This document shows, in pieces, positions 37,148-51,289 of a DNA stretch of 64,000 bases (position 1 is its first letter; every line of letters begins with the position of its first letter). Source of the stretch: Lama glama (taxonomy: Eukaryota); the NCBI GenBank assembly GCA_028534125.1, contig CM052816.1, positions 8,000,001 to 8,064,000 on the forward strand, read 5' to 3'. Below the pieces are notes generated by a model. That model searched no databases, was not told the DNA's origin, and saw only the letters and a program-made list of their open reading frames with translations. Position numbers and translations under genes: made by a program.

Positions 37148-38299
37148 GCCGCTCGCTCGGTGGGGCCCCTGGGGCCCAGGCTGCAGAGAGAAGAGGAGAG
37201 TCAGAAGGATGTCAGTGTGGACTCTGGGGGTCGGGTGACTGTGGACGCACAGGGCCTGGCAGAGGTGGGCCCAAGTTTAACTACTGCTGCCCAACCTGGG
37301 TACACGATCGGGGGGCAAGCTCCTTAATCTCTCTGAGCCCCAGTCTCCCCATTTGTTGACAACAGTACCCACCTCACGGGAGGCCAGAGGATTAAGTCCA
37401 GTGATGTGTGTAAATCACACAGAGCAGTATCTAGCATGGGGTGCCAACAGCGGTAGTTGCTCTTAATTATCAGAGTCTCAGACGAAACCAAGAAAACTCC
37501 AGAAACAGGAAAGACAAAGTGAGACAACAAACGCTTGCAAGGCTTGGGAGCTAGAAGCAGAATTCTAAATCATGACCGAACACCACGTCCTCACCGTCTT
37601 CCCCTCACTTACCGCAGTGCTTCCCTACCCCTTTCTCTCTCTCTGAACGGGCCCAGCAGCCCCATCTGACCGATGAAAAGACAGAGGCCCTGTGAGTACT
37701 CAACTCTGGGCTGGGAGGCATCAGCGGCGTGGCTGTGCTGGAAGGCCCCTCTCAAGCATCAGGGATCTCACCTGTGAAATCACCACCCCCGCAGCACAGG
37801 GCGAGAGATACCTGAGTAAACCTGTCCCAGGAGCTTGGTACAAGCAACACTTAAGAAATGGCAGCTGTCGCTAATTGCCCCGAATGCAACAGGCATCTCT
37901 CAGCCTCAGCACATGCCCACAGCTGCACACGCCAGCCCGGACAGCAGGTGACTGAACCCCCTGCCTTGAGGATCCCGAACTTGCCGAGGGACCTGAGGTG
38001 AGGGGAAGCACCACCCTGAGTGAGCCTCTGCCCACCCAGGCAACCAAAACTCGGCATTCCCACCTCCCCTTGGGCCGATTCCCCAGCCCAGGGCACTCCA
38101 CCTGTACCGGTCTCACTTAATCACGAGTGGAAGCAGCTGCTGAAAGCTGGCAGGCCCACTCCCCGTGGAGGATGGGGGATGGGGACAAGGTCAGAAGGTG
38201 TGAGGGCCTGGGCTGGCACAGCCAGGGATGGACTGTGAGCCTCAGATCCAGGTTGGAGATAAAGATCTTCAAAATCCCTCCCAGACCCAACACTGTACA

Positions 38300-38790
38300 G
38301 TGTGCTCAGCGTGGGCACAGTATAGAGACCCAACAACTGTACTTCTAGGAACTTATCCTAGAGGTAATAATTGCAGAAGTGTGTAAAGATTTCCCCACAA
38401 GAATACGAATCCCAGTGCTGTTTATAGTAGCAAAGGATGTTGTTTATAATAGCAAATGCCCAACAATAGGGGACTGTCTTTAGCAATTATAATGCAAGCA
38501 TGTGATGGAATCCCAGGCAGCCATTTACAATATGTTGAAGGAGGACATTGACTGACATAGAAGTATAATTACCACATACATTGTTAAAGTGGAAAACATT
38601 TATAAAACAGTATGCATTGTCCTATTTTTGTTAAAAATGTTCTGCATAAGCCAGGAACTGGTACTAAATCCAAAAAACAAACAAAAAAAGTTAACAATTA
38701 TCTCTGAGTGATTTTTATTTTCCTCTTTTTGTCTCCTAAGTTTTCTACAATAATTATTATTTTTGTGAATATAAGAAAACAAATGTTTTT
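38300..38790 (+). mobile_element. Ancient L1 (L1ME/L1MC-like) 3' fragment
   Basis: gacccaacaactgtacttctaggaacttatcctag...aaatgcccaacaataggggactg...aaaagttaacaattatctctg. Confidence 0.7.
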
Positions 38791-41459
38791 TAAAGAAGTG
38801 CTCAGAAACAAAAGGCAGGGGTGTGAAATAAGGACACATCTTAGACATCAGGTCTGCTCCCATTTTTGCCATGACATGCCGTGTGACCCGGGACATGCCT
38901 GCTGCTTTCTGGGCTTCCTGCCTGTGAGAAAGGGGCCTCATGATGATGTCTGGTGGCTGTACAACCTCTGACATGCTGTAACATTCCACAAAAGTCCCTA
39001 CTATGTGCCGGCACCAACGGAAACCCGAGGCAGCCAAGAAAACTGGCACCTACGATGCAGTGTGACAGTGAGGGAAGGGAGGGTATTTGAGAGAAGTGGG
39101 GCACTTAACCACCTTGGAGGAAGAAGAGGGAGGACCAAGGAAGGCTTCCTGGAGGAAGTGGTACCTGAACTGACCAGAAGGCGAAGTAAGGGTTGAGTAG
39201 GGGTAGGAAGAGAAAGGGGTACATACCACAGCTTGGAGATAAGGGACAGGGCAGAGCTTTCCAGGGAGTCCCTGTAATTTCAGCTGAGAGCAGGGCAAGA
39301 AGGGGCAAGCTTCCTGGGCGGAGCCAGGAGAGCTGGGGTGACTGGTTCTGTTTATTCCCAGGATGCACCCGGTGTCCACTTTTCCACTGATAAGGACAGC
39401 CCTCTGCCCTGCAGCCACAGTGAGCCCCACCCCTTGGCCAGGAGCCAGGACAGGAGACCAGTGGGCGGGAAGGCAGAGCTGCCCTGAAGGTGCCCTGCCT
39501 GCTGTCAATGCCTGGGGTGGCACCTGCCCACTCGGGCCACCCAATCCCACTTCCTCTGCAGGCCTGGGCTCTGTGGTCACTGGCCTTCAGTCTATTGCAT
39601 TAATGGCCTTTCAGCTTGTGTGCCAATGATGCAACCAGCAGAGTCTCAGGCACCTAGGGGTCACAGACGCCTGTGGGAATCTGACAACATTTTCCCGTTA
39701 AAAATATGCACATATGCTGCAAAATGCTGTGCCCCCAACCCCACCTGTGGCCCTAAAGCCCTAGGTTAATACAGCCTAACAGTTACCTGTGCAGACTAGA
39801 GCCAGGCAGCTTCGTTCAAACCCAAGCTCCACCACTCAGTAACGGGGTAATCTTGAGCAAGTTATCTAACTTCTCAGGGCCCCAAGTTTCCTAATCTGCA
39901 AAACAGGAAAATCTGACATACTTCCCATAAATGAGTGGATACTTCAGAAGTACTCAGAAGCACGCTGGGCATGCAGTGCTGAGTAAGGATCAACCACTGC
40001 TGTCATCCATTCCCGTTGCTTATTTAATGTACTTACAATGTGGGTAACAACTGAGCCCACAAAGCACAGCCAAGCTCCGTGCGCTCTCTCTCAAGTCTCT
40101 AACAGCTCTTGGAATCCAAATCCCCATTTTCAGAAGCCATGCCTTGCCGGGGAGCTGGATGGATGGGCAGGGTCCAGACAGAGGCCAGGAGACTAGAAGA
40201 GGCCATGCAAAGCCCAGGTCCAAGAGAGGGTGAAGTAGGAGAGAGGGCCCCCGTCCCCAGAGAAGGCCGAATACCTGGCAAAATGCTGGCCACCGGCAGG
40301 CTGGCAACAGGGGCCTCCAGCACTGCCCCACTGCAACCCCTCAAAGGCCTGGCACTAGCCATTCAAGACCCTCGACGCCCGCCTGCACCTCTGTGGTTCA
40401 AGGAATGGCAAACTGGGGGGCTTCTAACCCCCTTGGAGCCCCACCCAGGCCTCAAGGACAGCTGCGGGCTGAGTCCTCAACACCTCTCTATCGCCCTGGG
40501 CCTTACCGACATCACCAGACGTTTTCGTAAATCCCAGCCTCGCCCAACGAGTCACCAATCTTGGTCATGCATCTAGGCCTTTGCTAATGAAGTTCCCATT
40601 GCTTGGAATGCCTCCCCCTACCCCATGGGACACTTACTCATCCTTCAAGACCCCAGTTCCAATGTCATCACCTCTCTGAAGTCATCTCCACCCACCCCCC
40701 TCTACTCTGCTTCCATGTCCCATTCTTCAGGCTCCCGCCCCATCCCCACTCCACAGCATGGAAGCTGAAAACCAGGACCCTCAAGCCAAAATAGGACACA
40801 GATGTGGGTTCTTTGACAGCATTTTAAAAAATCTGAAATCAGTTGTAACATCTTAAAATCAGGAGATATCAAAACTGAAAGTCAGAACTTCCAACTTCCT
40901 TAAAAAGAACACATTTTAGTGACACTAGGCATGCATCCCGACTGGCCACCACCAGCTGAGGCACTTACGGCACCAGCCTCTGACAGGCTAATATGGCACC
41001 ACAGCCAACCTCCCTTCCCCATTTGGCATCCTGCCCAGCAGCCCCTGGACACACCCGAATAATCCATGCAGCGCAGACTTGGAGTTTCTCCACACAGCTC
41101 CATACTCTGGAGCCTGCAGATCGCAGGGCAGGACTTACTGACCTGTGCATAGGCAGGATCTGCCTGGTACATGACACCTGGCACACACAGGCCCTCTACA
41201 CGTACAATTTCCTTTCTTCCCCTTCCCCACATGCCTGGGTGCCCCAAAGGACAAGTCTGAGTCATCGTGGAAGCTCCCACAACTTTCCCCAGCATAGGGC
41301 CTTACTGAGAACTCAGGATATGAATGAATGAGCTGTTATTATTCCCAATTCACAGATAAGGAGACTGAGGCTGCAAAGTGAAGTGACTTTCATTCCTCCA
41401 TGAAGCCCAGGTGTTTCTATAATAAAAATAACAATACTATTATAATTATTAACATTGTT

Positions 41460-41735
41460 ATTTTTACTGCACTTACCACGAACCTGGCACCATGTTAAGC
41501 ACTTTTTCATACTTTCTCTCAATTAATTCTTACAACTAATACTGTTATTATTCACATTTATAGTTGAGGAAAATGAGGGGAGGTGCTGTAGAACTCAGTG
41601 GGTTCAATCCCCAGTGCCTCCACTAAGGAGGAAAAAAAAACAAAATATAGTTGAGAAAAATGAGGCTCAGAGAGGTTAAGTCACTTGCCTAAAATCACAC
41701 AGCTAGTCAATGGCAGAGCTGAAATTTGAACCCAG
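41460..41735 (-). mobile_element. MIR SINE interrupted by a short tRNA-derived SINE
   Basis: Flanks join to ...tatagttgaggaaaatgaggctcagagaggttaagtcacttgcctaaaatcacacagctagt...tttgaacccag. Confidence 0.82.
41579..41645 (+). mobile_element. Ultra-short tRNA-derived SINE (camelid-like) with ~20-bp target-site duplication
   Basis: A-box remnant tagaactcagtgg fused to B-box ggttcaatccc, then agtgcctcca and an A-tail; TSDs at 41559-41578 and 41646-41665 (1 mismatch). Confidence 0.75.
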
Positions 41736-44700
41736 ACCCCATGAGATGGCAATGGCTCTAGAGCCTACAGGGGAATCTTGACAGGGATGGAGGAGAGCAC
41801 CAGGGAGCCTCAGCTATCATGGCCTCCATCCCTCAGCCAGGTTTCCACTATGCTCTCCCAGCCCTAGGCCTAGCTTTCCCTGCCAAGGTGCTGGGGATAA
41901 TGAACGAGATGCTCTGGTCGTCATGGAGATACCATGGCAACGCTGCACTTCCGGGAAATACCACGGTAACTGTGGCCACTGTTCTGGAGGTGAAAGTCAC
42001 TCCCTACCCCACCCCCCACTCCAAAATGCTCTGGTGCCCCCACAATCCTCTCTTCAGAGAGGAAGGAGGCAGCGGTATAAGGGACTTCTCAGGGACCAAA
42101 CTGTCTAGAAAGCAGGACTGGAGAGGGGTCCGGCTCTGCCGTGGGTGGACAGGTGGGCTCCAGGAGTGACACCAAGAGCTCCCTGTGCCTTTCGTGATGA
42201 AGAGCACCTAACCACCTGACTCCCAGGTACTTGCTGCCTACAAAGTGCAGCAGGCCTCCTGCAAAGTGCTGTGCACATCGTGCCACTTCACCCCAACCAC
42301 CCGAGGGGCAGCAAAGCAGTGGCTGCTAGCACCTCTGTTAAAGGCTCAAACTGGAGCCAGCCTGCCTGGGCTTAAATCTTGCCTCCATTATTTACAAGCC
42401 TTGTGACCTTTGTGCCAATCTCTCAATCCCTCTGAGCCTCAGTTTCCCCAAGTGTAAAATAGAGCGAAACTAATCTATTTCGCAGGGCTGCTGCCAAGAT
42501 TGAGAGATGCTATGTGTAAAACTGCTCAGTGCCCGGGACACAGTGATCTAGGCTAACAAAATGATTATCCGTTTAATGAATCTGGAAACTGAGGCTCAGG
42601 AAGGTACTGGCCCAAGGCTACATATCAAAGTAACAGTGGATCCAGAAAGAGGAAGAGAGGTCAGATTTGGGAGCACACTGGAGGTCAGAAACAAACAGAT
42701 GATCCACTCCCTGTACTTACTGAACACCGCTAGGTACCAAGCATGGCACTGGGCACTGAAGATGCAGGCCTCTGGGCTCCAAGGTTTGATGTCTCTGCTG
42801 TGATGATGCCTCGGGGTGAATGACGGCAGGGCCCCACATGCTCACCCAGCCCAGATTTCATTTCCTGCCTGGGTTGCTCAGGACCATGCCCCCTACTTCC
42901 TCCATACTCACATGCACACGAAAGCACAGGTAAACTCACATGGTGCTGATATGTTCAAATGCTGGCATCACAGGCATCTGTGCCACAGGCACACGTAAGG
43001 AGCAGACAGCTGAGAGGAGGTGCAGGAAGAGCCCTGCAAGCAGGCTCAACAGTATGTGAATGAGCACCCGGCTTGGGGGAGGAAAAGTGGCTGCAGGTCC
43101 AGGCCCCACATGCAATCCCACGGCCACTCCCCACAGCTGACCCAGCCCCTCCCAGCCTGTCACACCCCCAGCACAGTCACGCCACCACCCATTACCCAGC
43201 CCCACCCTACAGCCGCCCTGCCCCAGCCTGCCCCACCCACCATGTACAGCAAAGAAAATCCTCCACATTTGCTTCCCAGCTGTGCGGGAGTTTCTCCTGC
43301 GCAATCACACCCTTGGGAGGCCGAGACCAGAAGCAGATCCCTTCCTCTGCTGGAATTTGCTGCACACCCTCTCCCCCACAGCCCTGCAGTGCTGCCTGGC
43401 TGGGGGCCAAGATGCTGCCTATCAGTCACCCTGGAGTCCAGGGCCACCACCAAGGGACTGTCGGCAGTCTCGCTCAGAGTCTCAGGGTTGACAGTGTGCA
43501 GTCCAGCTGGTAGTAAGCACACAGAGACACTGAGGCCCAGAGAGAAAAGAACGTCCTGGGGTTGTACCACCAGGCCTGCCCCACCCCCACCTGCCTTGGC
43601 CCATTTTCTTATCCACTAACACCCTGCACATCCTTCTCTAAGGCCAGCCTCAGCCAGAAGTTGGAGTCCACCAGCTGTGGATTTCAGAAGTCCTAGATGA
43701 ACTCTCCAGCTCTGCCCTCCACCACACAGTGCTGGATTTACACTGCCAGATGTCAGCTGTTCTTGCAACTAAACACTGGTCCCCAACTTCACAGAAAGCT
43801 TTCCAAGGCAGAAGCCGTCTCACATCCAGGGAAGATACTCAAGAGTGATGTGCCCTTGCCAACCACCTTCCCCTTTTTGAATCTCCTATGAGGAATCGCC
43901 AAGTTAACTGTATTAAAACATGAACTTCCATTCATTAGGCACGGTATGCCTGCGCTACATGCTATTGTCCAACCCTTACAACAGCACCACGACTTATATT
44001 CCCCTCATTTTACAGATGAGGAAACTGAGGCCCAGGTGGGCCTGTGACTTGCCCAGCAACAGAGCTAACGAGCCCTTCGGCAACACACGCCCTCCGTGGT
44101 CACCTAGGACAGAAATTAAGGGCCAGCAGACTGCACATCCCATTCTCTGCTCCCTTTGAATACCTCTTTCTGTTTTTATTTTCATGCATTTTATGTGTGT
44201 TTTAATATCAAAAGCAGCCTCTCCAACGATCCTTCTTGGAAGCAGACCCACAAACCATGCATAAATCAACAAGCAAACAAAGCATAAAGCACTCGTTCTC
44301 AACCTGGGATCTGTTGTGGGTTCCCAGCATGGAATGCCCAACCAAAACCTTAGGAACTTAGACCCCTACTTGTTGAGAATTTGTCTTTCTTCCAACAGGG
44401 CCTGAGATGAGAATTTACCTTTGCACCAGCTCTGAAAAAAAAGGGTTTACCGAGCAAACAAACAAGGCAGTTTGTGGGATGGGGGTGCAGAGTAGGGAAC
44501 AAAACAGGTCAAGACCAGCCGCCCTCTGGTCCCACTGAAGCTCCTGATGCAGAGACCAAGGTGGGCAGGCTCCTCACAGGGCAAGCTCTTTGTTAGCCCA
44601 CGGAGCTCCCCAAAATAGGGCCCTCTCCACCCAACCCCCAAATCCATCTACACAGAGTCAAATCCATTCCTAGCTATTTTTCTTAAGCTCAGATCCCAGG

Positions 44701-46482
44701 CACTTGAAAAAAACTAAAAAACGGAAAGACATTTCTTTGCAAATACCATAACCTCCCTCACTGACAGCAGACAGCACAGACTGAGCTCCTGGTAACTTGC
44801 CAGCCCCTCATCAGTTTTCCCCGATTTATCACGCCCAATCCTCACACCCTGAGGGGTGGTGTCCCTGATATGCGCACTTTGCAGACAAGGAAACCGAGGC
44901 TCAGACAAGGTATGAAGCAGCCTACTCAAGGTCACGCAGCTGGGTAGGCGTGGAGCTAGGACAGCCCCAGGCCGGCCTACCTTGGACCCCCATACAGCTC
45001 GTAACCTCTGTACAGCTGCCCTGCATTCCTCACTGTTCTTGCCAGAACAGTCCCAGAGACAGGCCTCCTGCAGATGACCACCGCAGCTGCCTAAAGGCAG
45101 GCTGACTGGCTTTTCTGACAACAAGAAAGCCTTCCTTCATGGACAGATGGGGCACCACAGGTCCCCAGAAAGGCAGGACCTCAGCCAAAGAGTCGTCACC
45201 TTCCCCTGCCCCGAGGGGCCTCTGTCTTCCCAGACAAGCAGAGACCCCACATGGGAAAGGGAGGCTGCCTCTCTGCCCCAGGGAGAGGACTCATGCTAAG
45301 GAAAGGGAGAGAGATGTAGAGTGAGGGTCAGAAGCAGGAGATCTCAGCTCACAGGGCCAACATAAAGGACAATGGTGACAGGCACGTCTCACAGGTCTGC
45401 TGCACGCCGGGTACTATAGCAAGCACCTCCCAATCATGACCTCAGTTATTTGTCATTTTCTCCCAACAAAGTAGAAACAGGTTTATCATGCCCTGATCTC
45501 CTCCCTGTCTGCCACCCCCTAGAGAAGAGCCAGGAAATGCTGGGCAGCCCCTGCCCCTGCCCTGCCATTTGCCCACCCCAGGTTGCCAGATGACCCCTGA
45601 GAGATTCCTAGAGGCGGGAATACTCGAGGGGCCCCACCTCCCGGATACAGAAGCAAAAGTCCATGTGGGCCTGGAGTCCACACCAACATCCCCGTGCCTC
45701 CACTGGCTCCTTGTGTACCTCTGGGCAAGACCCTTCCCTTCTCTGAGCCTGTTTCCTTGACTGGACAATGACCAGTGTGGATCAGATCAGAAGCTGGTGA
45801 CCTCCTGAGGTTACAGAATCCTTTGAGAATTTCATGAAGACTGGTAGACGACTCTCCCCAGACAGACGCCACATTCCATACAAATTCAGGGTGGTTGTGA
45901 CCAGCTCCCACCCCAAAAGCCAACTTAAAAATATGGAAACTCTGTAGGGGCCCCTCTGGCTTTGACAAGCTGCAGCCTCACCGTCTAGACAGGACCGAAG
46001 CCACAAGCGTAACATGTGAGCACCCCAGGACCTCATCCCTCTAGCTCCCGCCATGGCCCTGAGGTAAATCTTTATCTCCCAGACCTGCTGGCTTCAGGTG
46101 GATTTATGGACTTGCTGAGCTGTCAGGAGAAGCTGAAAGAGAAGCTGAGCCCTTCCTTCCCACCCCTCCGCCACAGTCCCCTTCTCCTCCATCAGGAATC
46201 TGCCAGGTCAGCCCTGTGCCATCTCCCTGGGGCAATCCTGGGAGCTGGGGCACTTGAGGAACCTGCTTCTGGTCCTGAACGCAGACACAACCCAGTGCCA
46301 GGCTTGGGGGCCAGCTTGCACCACTGCCTGCACCCCCAGGCCCCTCCTGCATGGGTATGAACACGCACACGCTGTGGGTACACACACATTAGACAGACCT
46401 GGGAGGACTGGACAGGAGGGAGGGGACACAGGGCTGTGGTAAGAGGGTACAGGGAGGCGGGGGAGAGAACAACAGGACCCAC

Positions 46483-46580
46483 CAGAGCTCCAGACAGCAG
46501 CCGCTCAGCTCAGCTCCACTTCACTTCGCCGCGTCCTCTTAATGGCTCCGCACTCCTCACTTAACACAGCCGCACCTAAT
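46483..46580 (-). other. Candidate non-coding alternative first exon of NDST1 (5' end uncertain)
   Basis: Non-repeat, locally CpG-containing segment ending in donor-like CTG|GTGGGT, 9.3 kb upstream of exon 2; inference only. Confidence 0.4.
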
Positions 46581-49500
46581 CCCAGAGCCAGGACAAATGG
46601 CATTACTGTCGGCCCAGTCCCCTCCTGGGAGGGAGGGAGGGCCCTAGGGCACCCTGAGCCACCAAGCACGTTCCGGGAAGCCTCCAGGCCTCCTTCTTAC
46701 CATGTCTCTTGCCAGAAGCCACCAGATCCTACCTTCTGACCCTCTGGAAGAGGATGTCTTTCCCTGCTCTGCCCCAGGCCCAGGGACCCCACAGCAGGCA
46801 GGGGACCCCCCTCAGAGGTGCCTTCCACAGAAGAGGAGAAAGCACATCCCTGACCTTGATGTCAATGGGCCCTCGAATTCCTCTCAGGAAAGGTGGCAGC
46901 CCGGAGTGGAGGAGCCCTCGCTGGCAGCAAGGATAACTGGGCTCTGACTGCAGCTCTGACTGACTTTCTATGTGATCAATGCAAGGCCCTTCCTCACTCC
47001 AGACCTCAGTTTCCCCACCTGTCCCAAGAAGAAGAGGAAGAAGGACCAACGTCCCCACATTAGGCCAGCTGGTGGTCAGAGAGTCTGTGATGTTGGCTTT
47101 TGGCCCCTGCCCCAACCCCAGCTCCGCTGCCAGGCCTCTCCCGGCGCCCCATCCTGCAGGGGGGCGACAAGGGTAACTGCCAGAGTGTGGAAGTACAAGA
47201 GCTGAAAAAGGCCTTACAAGGCCCAGAGAGGAGAAGCAACTCGGCCATGGTCACACAGGCAACTGGACGAGGGCTAGGCTAGCTGCATTTGCTCTTCAGC
47301 AGAAAACATGTTAACAGCGTCCACCTGCAAACGTATTTGCCTTTTTAGAGGACACCAGGGAGAGCACAAGGCAACTTGCAAATGACGGAGTTTCAGGCTC
47401 CAAGAGCAGCAGTGGGAAAAAAAAAGTGGCATGTTCGTATATGTATGACCTGGGGATGGAGCCGTCTGTCCAAGGCTTCACATGTCATACCACAAGGGTG
47501 GCCGAGGCTCCTGCCAGCTTGGGGAGACCCCAGGAACCCCGCAGGATTAACAGCCTTGGCCACTCCTTAACAAGTCACCTGAGGCCCAGCCCATAGGCCC
47601 AGAGGTGATGATGGGGAGACTGGCCCAGATGGACACCCTAAGACCAAGCTTCCCAGAAGGCACAAAACCCTTGGGGAAACTGAAAACGCTCCAGGCCCTG
47701 TGGCCAGAGTGGAGGGAAGCCAGGTACGCAGGGGGCAACAAAGAGGAAGGGAAAGCCTTGAGGCGCTGGGAGCTGCAGAAGCCCCCTAATCTCCTGGAGG
47801 CCTGATGGGCACAACCTGGGCCTGCTGAGACCAGGGAGGTTTCATCAGGGCCCACATGAAAGCAGCCTCATCTCTCCAGACTCGCTGCAGCTTGTTACCA
47901 CAACGGGAGCCCGCTACCAACACAGCTCCCTCGGGGTGAGGGGCTCAAACGCTTACATGGAGGCACAGCTGGCAGGGGAAGGGGCAGCAGGTGGGGGGAG
48001 GGGCGTGATCACAGACAGCGAGGGGGCACAGAAACACAGACAAGCACGGGGAAGGCGACCCACTTATCGCAGGCCTCTTTTAAAGGGGCCAGGGGGCCTC
48101 GATGTGACTCTGGAAGGTGCCTCACAGGTGTCCCCATACCCCCAAGGCTTGAGTCAGGAGTTCCTGGAGTCAAGAGACTGGAGTTCTAGTCCTAGACTGG
48201 GCTAGGGTGAGGTGTCAAGGCGCCAGGCACAAACATGAAGGAGGCGCCCACTCTCGGGGGGCTGGAGAGCACCCGTGCAACGATGCGGAGTCTCGCCGCG
48301 GCACCTCCCCACGGTCTAAGTGCCTCCCTCGCCTCACCCTAGGCCCAGCCTTGCACTCACCAGCCAGTGACCCCAGCCCAGCATCAGCTCCTTTCGGGCT
48401 TGCTTTGTTCACCAGTAGAATGGCACGGCGCCAGATGACTCCAAGGGCCCTCCTAACTCCTAGGTGGGTGATTCTGCAGGGAGCATAAACTGGCCTCCAC
48501 AGCTCATCCCCAGAAATGGGCACAATGGCCCCCACTCCCCACCATCCATAAACTCATCACACACCATGCTTCAGGCGGGAGACACATGATACAACCTCCC
48601 TGTATAACCACATGCTACGCCTTTGCTAAAATGCTTGGCTTCTGCTTCATCAAGGCCTCATCTTACAAGTGTGGGAAGTGAGGCTCGTAAAAGTTAAGCA
48701 ACTGGCTCAAGCTACCAGTCGGGAAGTGCTGAGCTGAGATTCGAACCAGTGTCTGGTATTAATCCGACATTCCACAGCATCCGCCACCGATAACCCCAAA
48801 CCCACTAGGGCCCGGAAGATGCCATCGGGTCTTTGCACCTCCCACATCTTCGAGTGTGCAATGCTGAGGCTAATGCGAAAGGCGGGCTGGTGGAGGCAAG
48901 CTAGGCAGGCAGGGATGGGAAGCCCGCGTGGGCGCTCAGCATTTGCAGACTGACCAACCTCCAGCCGAGCCAGCTGTCCACCACTGTGGCTACAACGTCC
49001 CTGTCACCATCTGCACACCACAGCCACCAAGCTGCCATTTTAAAATCATTACACAGATGCAAAGCTTTTTCACAGACACTGCTTGCTCTGGCATCACATG
49101 ACAACCTTCTAAGCAGGGATTTCTTCCTTCTTCCTCAAATGAGGAAATTGGGATTCTCAGGAGAGTGATTTCCCAAAAAGTACACAGCAAGTCAGCATTT
49201 GGCCATGAACTTGGAGCCTGCATCTTCTGCCTTCCAGTCCAGAGCTTCACCTACTCCTCTGTGCCCTTGACTTTTCAGTTCAGACAGCATGGATGGGCCT
49301 TTACAACAACGACCATTTTTGACAGCTCACTCTGTGCAGGTATCCTACCCAGAACGTCACACAGTAACTCATTTAACCACCATGACATCCTTGTAAATTA
49401 AGCACTGCTACTGTTTTCATTTCACAGATGGAGACACTGAGGCTCAGAAATGTGGAGTATCTCACTTCACTGTGTTAGGAAGGGGCAGAGCTGGGATTCA

Positions 49501-50609
49501 AACTTCAGTCTGGCTCTGAGGCCTGCGCTCAGAACCTCTGCACTACACGGCTCTGCCAGGGACTAGAGGGGAAAGGAGACCAGACACTCAGATGGTGTGT
49601 GTGCCTGGCAGGTTATAGCAAGATGATGATAATAGGAAGACAAACAAAGCTCTTGGAGAGCCCACAAGAAGAAGGCTGTTACAAACGTCCGGGCAGGAGG
49701 CCAGGAGTCTGAGCAAGGGACATGGGAACAGAGGGAGGTGACAGATAGGAGGGAGGCGGCCTTGTGAGACCTTGGTCAAGTGCCTTGCTCTCTCTGGATC
49801 TCAATTTACCCAGCTGTTAAGAAAAGTTCCTGGAATATCTCCAGAGCCCTCTCCATCCAGAAAAACCCTTGGACCCTGGGAAAACAAGCAATGCCTGGTG
49901 ACAGACTGGCTGCCAGCCTTGGGGGAATCTGAAACGTCCTTGGCCGTCCTGGCACGATTCAAATGCTGGGAAACAGGCTTGCAAAAGCACAGAGCTCGGC
50001 CGGCATGCCTGGGCACCACTGAAGTGTGGGTCCTAAGGGGGCCACATTCCGCCTGTTGTCAACCTCTTCATGGCTCCACTGGAGCAAGCACCGCCCAGCC
50101 TGGACCCAGACCAGAAGCCGAGGTCACATCCAAGTGCCCAGTGGAATGCCACTCCAGGCCTGCCCTGCCCCCGCCGATCCTGTCCAGAGCCCTGCATGCA
50201 AACAACTCAAGGACCCTCAACATCACCCACCCCTCAAAGCCCCACACTCACGTTCCCTAAGGTCAGCCACTGGGATGTAGAGACAAGGGGTCCCGTAGGA
50301 GATCTTAGGGAAAATGACAACCCCCTTCCCAAGGAGTCTGTGCAAGGCAGAGGCTGCCCACACCAAGTCAGTGGAGACCCTCAGCTGAGGAAAGGCAGGA
50401 TAGTCCCTCAAGGTCAGCCCTCACTACTCACTCCGGCCGGTGGAAGGGGCTCAGCCCAAGTCTCCACTCTCACAGCTGTCTCCTCAAACCACATGTGCAC
50501 CATGCTCCTACTCAACAGCCTTCCATGGCTCCCACCACCTACCCGGGAAAACCCCTTAACCTGACTGCATGGTCACTGTTACTATCAGCCCCTGTTAATC
50601 CGGTGTGTA

Positions 50610-50820
50610 TACGCTCGGGCCTTTGCTAAGTGCTTTGCGTGTGTTTTTTCATTTAACCGTCATGGTAACTCTGTGATGCAGATACTATGGTTGGCCCATC
50701 TTCACAGATGAGAAAACTGAGGCTCAGAGAGCTTAGGTCACTGGCCCAGAGTCTCACAGTCAAGTGGCAGAGCAAGGATTCACACCCACACCTGGACTTC
50801 AAGCCAGGTTCTTAAACATT
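50610..50820 (-). mobile_element. MIR SINE
   Basis: cccatcttcacagatgagaaaactgaggctcagagagcttaggtcactggcccagagtctcacag. Confidence 0.8.
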
Positions 50821-51289
50821 GTGCACATGGCCTCCTCAAGTGCTCCCTGTCACCTGCAGAACCCTGGGGCCAGCTCAACACTTCTATGCGCAGGAGGGGA
50901 AACCAAGGAACAGAGAGAAAGCTCTCTCTGCGGGCAACCAAGACAGGGAAAGGCCTGAGGCCTCTGGCCTCCCTTTTCAGGGTTCCCCACCCCAGTCCCT
51001 CACTCCAGGAGGAACTCCTACCCAAGAGGCACATCAGGCAGAAAGGCCAGGACCACCACCAAGACAATGAGTCCTCAGAATCTGCCTCTCCCTCTGTCTA
51101 GAAGGAAGGGAGAAGCAGGAGGTTTGCAAAGACAGAAAGGTGCAGGAAGGGCCCAGGAAATATTTGTTCTTGTGGAATAGCTTCTCAGGGCATGCCTCAC
51201 GCCCCTTGTAGGAATCACCCCTTCAACAACAGGGACACGCGCAGGCTCAGGACCAACCTCTACCCATGTGCCCCCCTCCCTGGGTATAC

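Noticed and set aside
41579..41625. tRNA gene (B-box ggttcaatccc)
   Set aside because: Cannot form a cloverleaf; A-tail and TSD identify it as a SINE
47150..47170. CTCF-like CCTGCAGGGGGGCGAC
   Set aside because: An extra G breaks the core spacing; weaker than the three reported sites
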